Of a DNA stretch of 64,000 nt, positions 60,347-64,000 are shown in pieces. The notes beneath the pieces are model-generated. The model did no database searches. It had not been told where the DNA came from and worked only from the letters and a program-made list of their open reading frames with translations. The first letter of the stretch is position 1; each line of letters begins with the position of its first letter. A program made the translations under genes and the position numbers. Origin of the DNA: Macrostomum hystrix (Eukaryota; Animalia; Platyhelminthes); the NCBI GenBank assembly GCA_950097015.1, contig CATNEN010000002.1:5456001-5520000 (forward strand). The letters run 5' to 3'.

Positions 60347-60407
60347 AGCTGCTGCGATGAAGCCTGTTAACCGCTCTAATAGAATCAAAACGGCAATGAG
60401 GAAGCAT
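52223..60407 (-). CDS. Class-V aminotransferase/cysteine-desulfurase-like protein, catalytically degenerate, with N-terminal polyQ region; about 789 aa, 10 exons
   Basis: Exons 60407-59859, 59518-59398, 59316-59286, 57109-56126, 55588-55381, 54736-54717 (inferred microexon), 54524-54413, 54105-53959, 53870-53814 and 52363-52223. Family motifs: IGS...FIGPYG.RKVVYCD....GR.L..IEDFI...VLP, LVWD....A, DA.LLSP..LLGG..SPGLLVA, LHH.FV.ALL.D.YGVQ.R, IDLPYF.....Y..EA..MV..HGWKLLP.Y, RWFLLP.EA. Confidence 0.8.
52432..53797. repeat. 14-bp minisatellite (ATCCTCCAGATCCC)
   Basis: About 97 units; the source of five long pseudo-ORFs. Confidence 0.97.
54130..54320. repeat. Degenerate (GATT)n microsatellite
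   Basis: TGAT/GATT runs in an intron. Confidence 0.8.
55000..55320. repeat. 20-bp minisatellite (TTCAGGGAAGCTTCAGGATA)
   Basis: Tandem units in an intron. Confidence 0.9.
55815..56078. repeat. 20-bp minisatellite (CAGGTAGGACACCCAACTTA)
   Basis: Tandem units in an intron. Confidence 0.9.
57165..57580. repeat. 18-bp minisatellite (TCATCCCCTGATCCCATA)
   Basis: Tandem units with a repeated higher-order block. Confidence 0.93.
58525..59165. repeat. About 21-bp G-rich minisatellite (GAGAGAGTGAGAGATTGGGGG-T)
   Basis: Tandem units. Confidence 0.92.
59540..59775. repeat. 24-bp minisatellite (GAGTGACGAGAGTGATTTCCCTTG)
   Basis: About 9 units in an intron. Confidence 0.92.
60279..60344 (-). repeat. 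Coding (CAG)22 trinucleotide tract
   Basis: 22 uninterrupted CAG plus one CAA give Q23 in ORF 59811..60464. Confidence 0.92.
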
Positions 60408-60624
60408 GACTGCTCTCAGACACTGAGCTGAGGTTTGAGTCGATATCACCTGAGTAGGCAACACTGAGTCTATAATTTCGTGCGCTCCTGTCTTTTAGCT
60501 CGAAGATTCGGATTGACTGTCGATCACGTGACTGCAGCTGTCGGATTGGATGGGTGAGATTAGAGGGGGAAGGGCCTGGCCTGTACTTGTGCAGTACTGG
60601 GCAGTGTGTCACTTACTTTGTGAT

Positions 60625-61596
60625 GATCCATCAGTCACTGCCTACTGATCCATCAGTCACTGCCAACTGATCCATCAGTCACTGCCCACTGATCCATCAG
60701 TCACTGCCTACTGATCCATCAGTCACTGCCAACTGATCCATCAGTCACTGCCCACTGATCCATCAGTCACTGCCTACTGATCCATCAGTCACTGCCTACT
60801 GATCCATCAGTCACTGCCCACTGATCCATCAGTCACTGCCTACTGATCCATCAGTCACTGCCAACTGATCCATCAGTCACTGCCTACTGATCCATCAGTC
60901 ACTGCCTACTGATCCATCAGTCACTGCCCACTGATCCATCAGTCACTGCCTACTGATCCATCAGTCACTGCCTACTGATCCATCAGTCACTGCCTACTTA
61001 TCCATCAGTCACTGCCTACTGATCCATCAGTCACTGCCTACTGATCCATCAGTCACTGCCTACTGATCCATCAGTCACTGCCCACTGATCCCTCAGTCAC
61101 TGCCTACTGATCCATCAGTCACTGCCTACTGATCCATCAGTCACTGCCTACTGATCCATCAGTCACTGCCTACTGATCCATCAGTCACTGCCTACTGATC
61201 CATCAGTCACTGCCAACTGATCCATCAGTCACTGCCCACTGATCCATCAGTCACTGCCTACTGATCCATCAGTCACTGCCAACTGATCCATCAGTCACTG
61301 CCCACTGATCCATCAGTCACTGCCTACTGATCCATCAGTCACTGCCAACTGATCCATCAGTCACTGCCCACTGATCCATCAGTCACTGCCCACTGATCCA
61401 TCAGTCACTGCCAACTGATCCATCAGTCACTGCCCACTGATCCATCAGTCACTGCCCACTGATCCATCAGTCACTGCCCACTGATCCATCAGTCACTGCC
61501 CACTGATCCATCAGTCACTGCCAACTGATCCATCAGTCACTGCCTACTGATCCATCAGTCACTGCCTACTGATCCATCAGTCACTACCTACTGATC
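60625..61596. repeat. 22-bp minisatellite (CTGATCCATCAGTCACTGCCTA)
   Basis: About 44 units, each containing ACTGAT-CC-ATCAGT. Confidence 0.96.
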
Positions 61597-62346
61597 GGGG
61601 TGTGTGTATAAATACTTTTAGTTTTTCATGACCAAGTTAAATTTAAACAGTCAGCAATACCCTACTTTTAAGTTGGCACAATATCGATTTCTTCCCGATC
61701 TGAATTCAGAAAAATCTATCAAGCATAACAAATTTTGGATTAGCAAACAAGTAATTTTCTAGTTGAAAACTTGGTCGTCTTAGAATTTAGAATTATTTTG
61801 TGTGAGAAGTTTCATGAATAGAATGTTATTCAACTGCGCAGTACAGTTGAATACAATTGACTTTTTTTTATTTTTTTAACAATAATTTCTGCTCTGAAAA
61901 TATTTCCGAGCTCTGAATCAGGTAGCTACATTTTTGAGACTGAAACAGAACAGTATAATTATTGATTATCCCCATAGTTGATATTCAGTGGGATTATTTC
62001 CAGCCGTTCAACTAACAAAAGTCCCAACCCGCTCAGAACACTTACCCGCCTCCCCAAATGGGAAGTCGGGGATTGGATCGATAAAAATGCATTTCTGCGC
62101 CCAAAGCGAGTGTGCAATGCCACGGCAGTCTTCCAAGTGTACTTTGGCGCACATTCTTTGAACTCACGAGCAGAAGAAATCGATTTCTATTGTGAGCTGA
62201 GCATTTCTGTCATTCCGTTTAGCTTGGCTGGCTTTTGCTTTCTTGGCCCCAAAACCAACTCACATTTGAGCACAAATTCTGCATATTTTTAAACCGTTAA
62301 AAAATTGCAACTGCAAAGAGATCATTGAATACTGAAATATTCGACA

Positions 62347-63534
62347 ATGGAAGAAGAAGTTGACGATAAGCTGCCGTCCAAGTCTCTCGCTGATGATGCT
62401 CAGCCAGACAAAGTGGGTTTGCTGGAGCGCCTTGAGTCCAAGTGCTCGGTTCGCAAGCGCTACGTGGTCTGCCTTATGTGCTTCCTGGGCATGGTCATCA
62501 TTCACTCCATGCGGGTGAACATCGCCATCACGGTCGTCACGATTCTAGACAAGGCGCCGCACGAGAAAGTCGGCAGCAGCAAGCGGGCGCAGGAGCTCCC
62601 GGATGTCGACTGGACACCCACCATGGTGGGCCTGCTGCACGCTATCTTCTATGTGGGATTTCTCATCACGCAGGTGCCCGGAGGCTACCTGGCAACTAAA
62701 CTGCCAACCAACAGGTGAGTGCCAGAGCGCTGTAACACCGTTTCCTCTCGCACCAAGGTCCCTGAGCTCGATTCCACGGCGAGGTCACATTCCGTTTGGG
62801 TTTTGCGCATTTGACGGCCAACCTCCAAGACACAGGGACAGTGTACACTGCCTGACGATGAGAAAGTGTGTGCTCAGGAGTCAGCGAAATGGGTAGACTT
62901 ACAAAAAATGATGAGCCATTGCCTGCAGCCCTTCTGAAATTATGATTTTTATAACTGATTTCGGACAGCACATTTGTTTATTTTGTACTTTTGGTGTCTG
63001 TCCTATGGAAACTAAATGCTTTTTAACAATTTTAAAAGAATTTGTTTAACTTGTAATATTTATCCACAGTTAAGTATCAAAGTTGTATTGATAAATTAAA
63101 GTACAAAGCTCGAGACAGGTACCGGGACACATGTCGATAGAGAGGGACTGAGCAGCCCCCTCCGCCTGTGAAGATACGGAGCTTAAAGGATGCATGTAGG
63201 ACGGGCATCGATTTTCATAGGGAGAGAAGCCAATGCCTGGAAATCCCATCTCTCGGGTTGCTTAGATGTCAGGTGAGCAGCATTCGTGAGCACATCATGG
63301 ATTTCATTTCTGTGGCATCTCATCTCACTGGGGAAGGGCGCCACAATGATACAGAGGGGCAGAAATATTTCCATTTCGTGTTGAGGAATCAACAACTAAG
63401 TAATATCTCTCCGCAGGATATTCGGCTTGTGCATCTGCTTGTCCTGCGCGCTGAACCTCTTGCTGCCCACAGCCATCGCCAATGTTGGATTCGTGTTCAC
63501 CTGCGCTGTGAGGGTTGTGCAAGGACTGCTGGAG
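62347..63534 (+). CDS. SLC17 organic-anion transporter, vesicular glutamate transporter (VGLUT/eat-4)-like; first two exons, gene continues beyond the window
   Basis: Exons 62347-62714 and 63417-63534. Motifs RKRYVV..MCFLG......MRVNI.I.VV, DW.P..VGLLHA.FY.GFLITQVPGGYLA.KLP.NRIFG and VRVVQGLLE. The TM1 Arg, TM2 His and TM4 Arg/Glu characteristic of VGLUTs are present. Confidence 0.88.
62722..62895 (+). mobile_element. SINE family B, internally deleted copy at the start of SLC17 intron 1
   Basis: CCTCTCGCACCAAGGTCCCTGAGCTCGATTCC...GGCCAACCTC...GTGTACACTGCCTGACGATGAGAAAGT|GTGTGCTCAGGAGTCAGCGAAATGGG matches the copy at 35030-35345. Confidence 0.82.
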
Positions 63535-64000
63535 GTGAGCTGGGAGCATTGTGCAGGGATGCTGGAGGTGAGCTGGGAGCATTGTGCGGGGACTGCTGGA
63601 GGTGAGCTGGGAGCATTGTGCAGGGACTGCTGGAGGTGAGCTGGGAGCATTGTGCAGGGACTGCTGGAGGTGAGCTGGGAGCATTGTGCAGGGATGCTGG
63701 AGGTGAGCTGGGAGCATTGTGCAGGGACTGCTGGAGGTGAGCTGGGAGCATTGTGCAGGGACTGCTGGAGGTGAGCTGGGAGCATTGTGCGGGGACTGCT
63801 GGAGGTGAGCTGGGAGCATTGTGCAGGGACTGCTGGAGGTGAGCTGGGAGCATTGTGCGGGGACTGCTGGAGGTGAGCTGGGAGCATTGTGCGGGGACTA
63901 CCATAGAGATGAGCTGGGAGCATTGTGCGGGGACTACCATAGAGATGAGCTGGGAGCATTGTGCGGGGACTACCATAGAGTTGAGCTGGGAGCATTGTGC
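63520..64000 (+). repeat. 33/34/36-bp minisatellite derived from the SLC17 exon2/intron2 junction
   Basis: Unit GTGCAGGGACTGCTGGAG|GTGAGCTGGGAGCATT copies the exon end and the donor site. Confidence 0.95.

Overview
Eukaryotic (metazoan) genomic DNA with GT-AG spliced genes, where almost every intron longer than a few hundred bp is filled by its own short-unit minisatellite. This style resembles the free-living flatworm Macrostomum lignano (inference, not verified). I manually reconstructed eight protein-coding loci. (1) MRL-family RA-PH adaptor (RIAM/lamellipodin/MIG-10-like; +, 3958-14555). (2) CFAP210/CCDC173 (-, 27928-20610). (3) CCT3 (+, 28299-34046), head-to-head with CFAP210 only 370 bp away. 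(4) An orphan 3-exon gene (+, 38430-43186). (5) An F-type lectin (-, about 45392-44516). (6) An intronless orphan ORF with an upstream RFX X-box (-, 50170-49313). (7) A polyQ-tipped class-V aminotransferase/cysteine-desulfurase-like protein that has lost its catalytic residues (-, 60407-52223). (8) The 5' part of a VGLUT-like SLC17 transporter (+, from 62347). Mobile DNA includes a Merlin transposon with a nested MITE in CCT3 intron 1, and tRNA-derived SINEs. Most long ORFs in the supplied track are artefacts of tandem repeats. The most notable signals are the pseudoenzyme, a minisatellite built from a duplicated splice donor, an intronic array of poly(A) signals, a stop-free heptad-coding intron in a coiled-coil protein, and the nested transposons. 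All coordinates were counted by hand; repeat boundaries are approximate.
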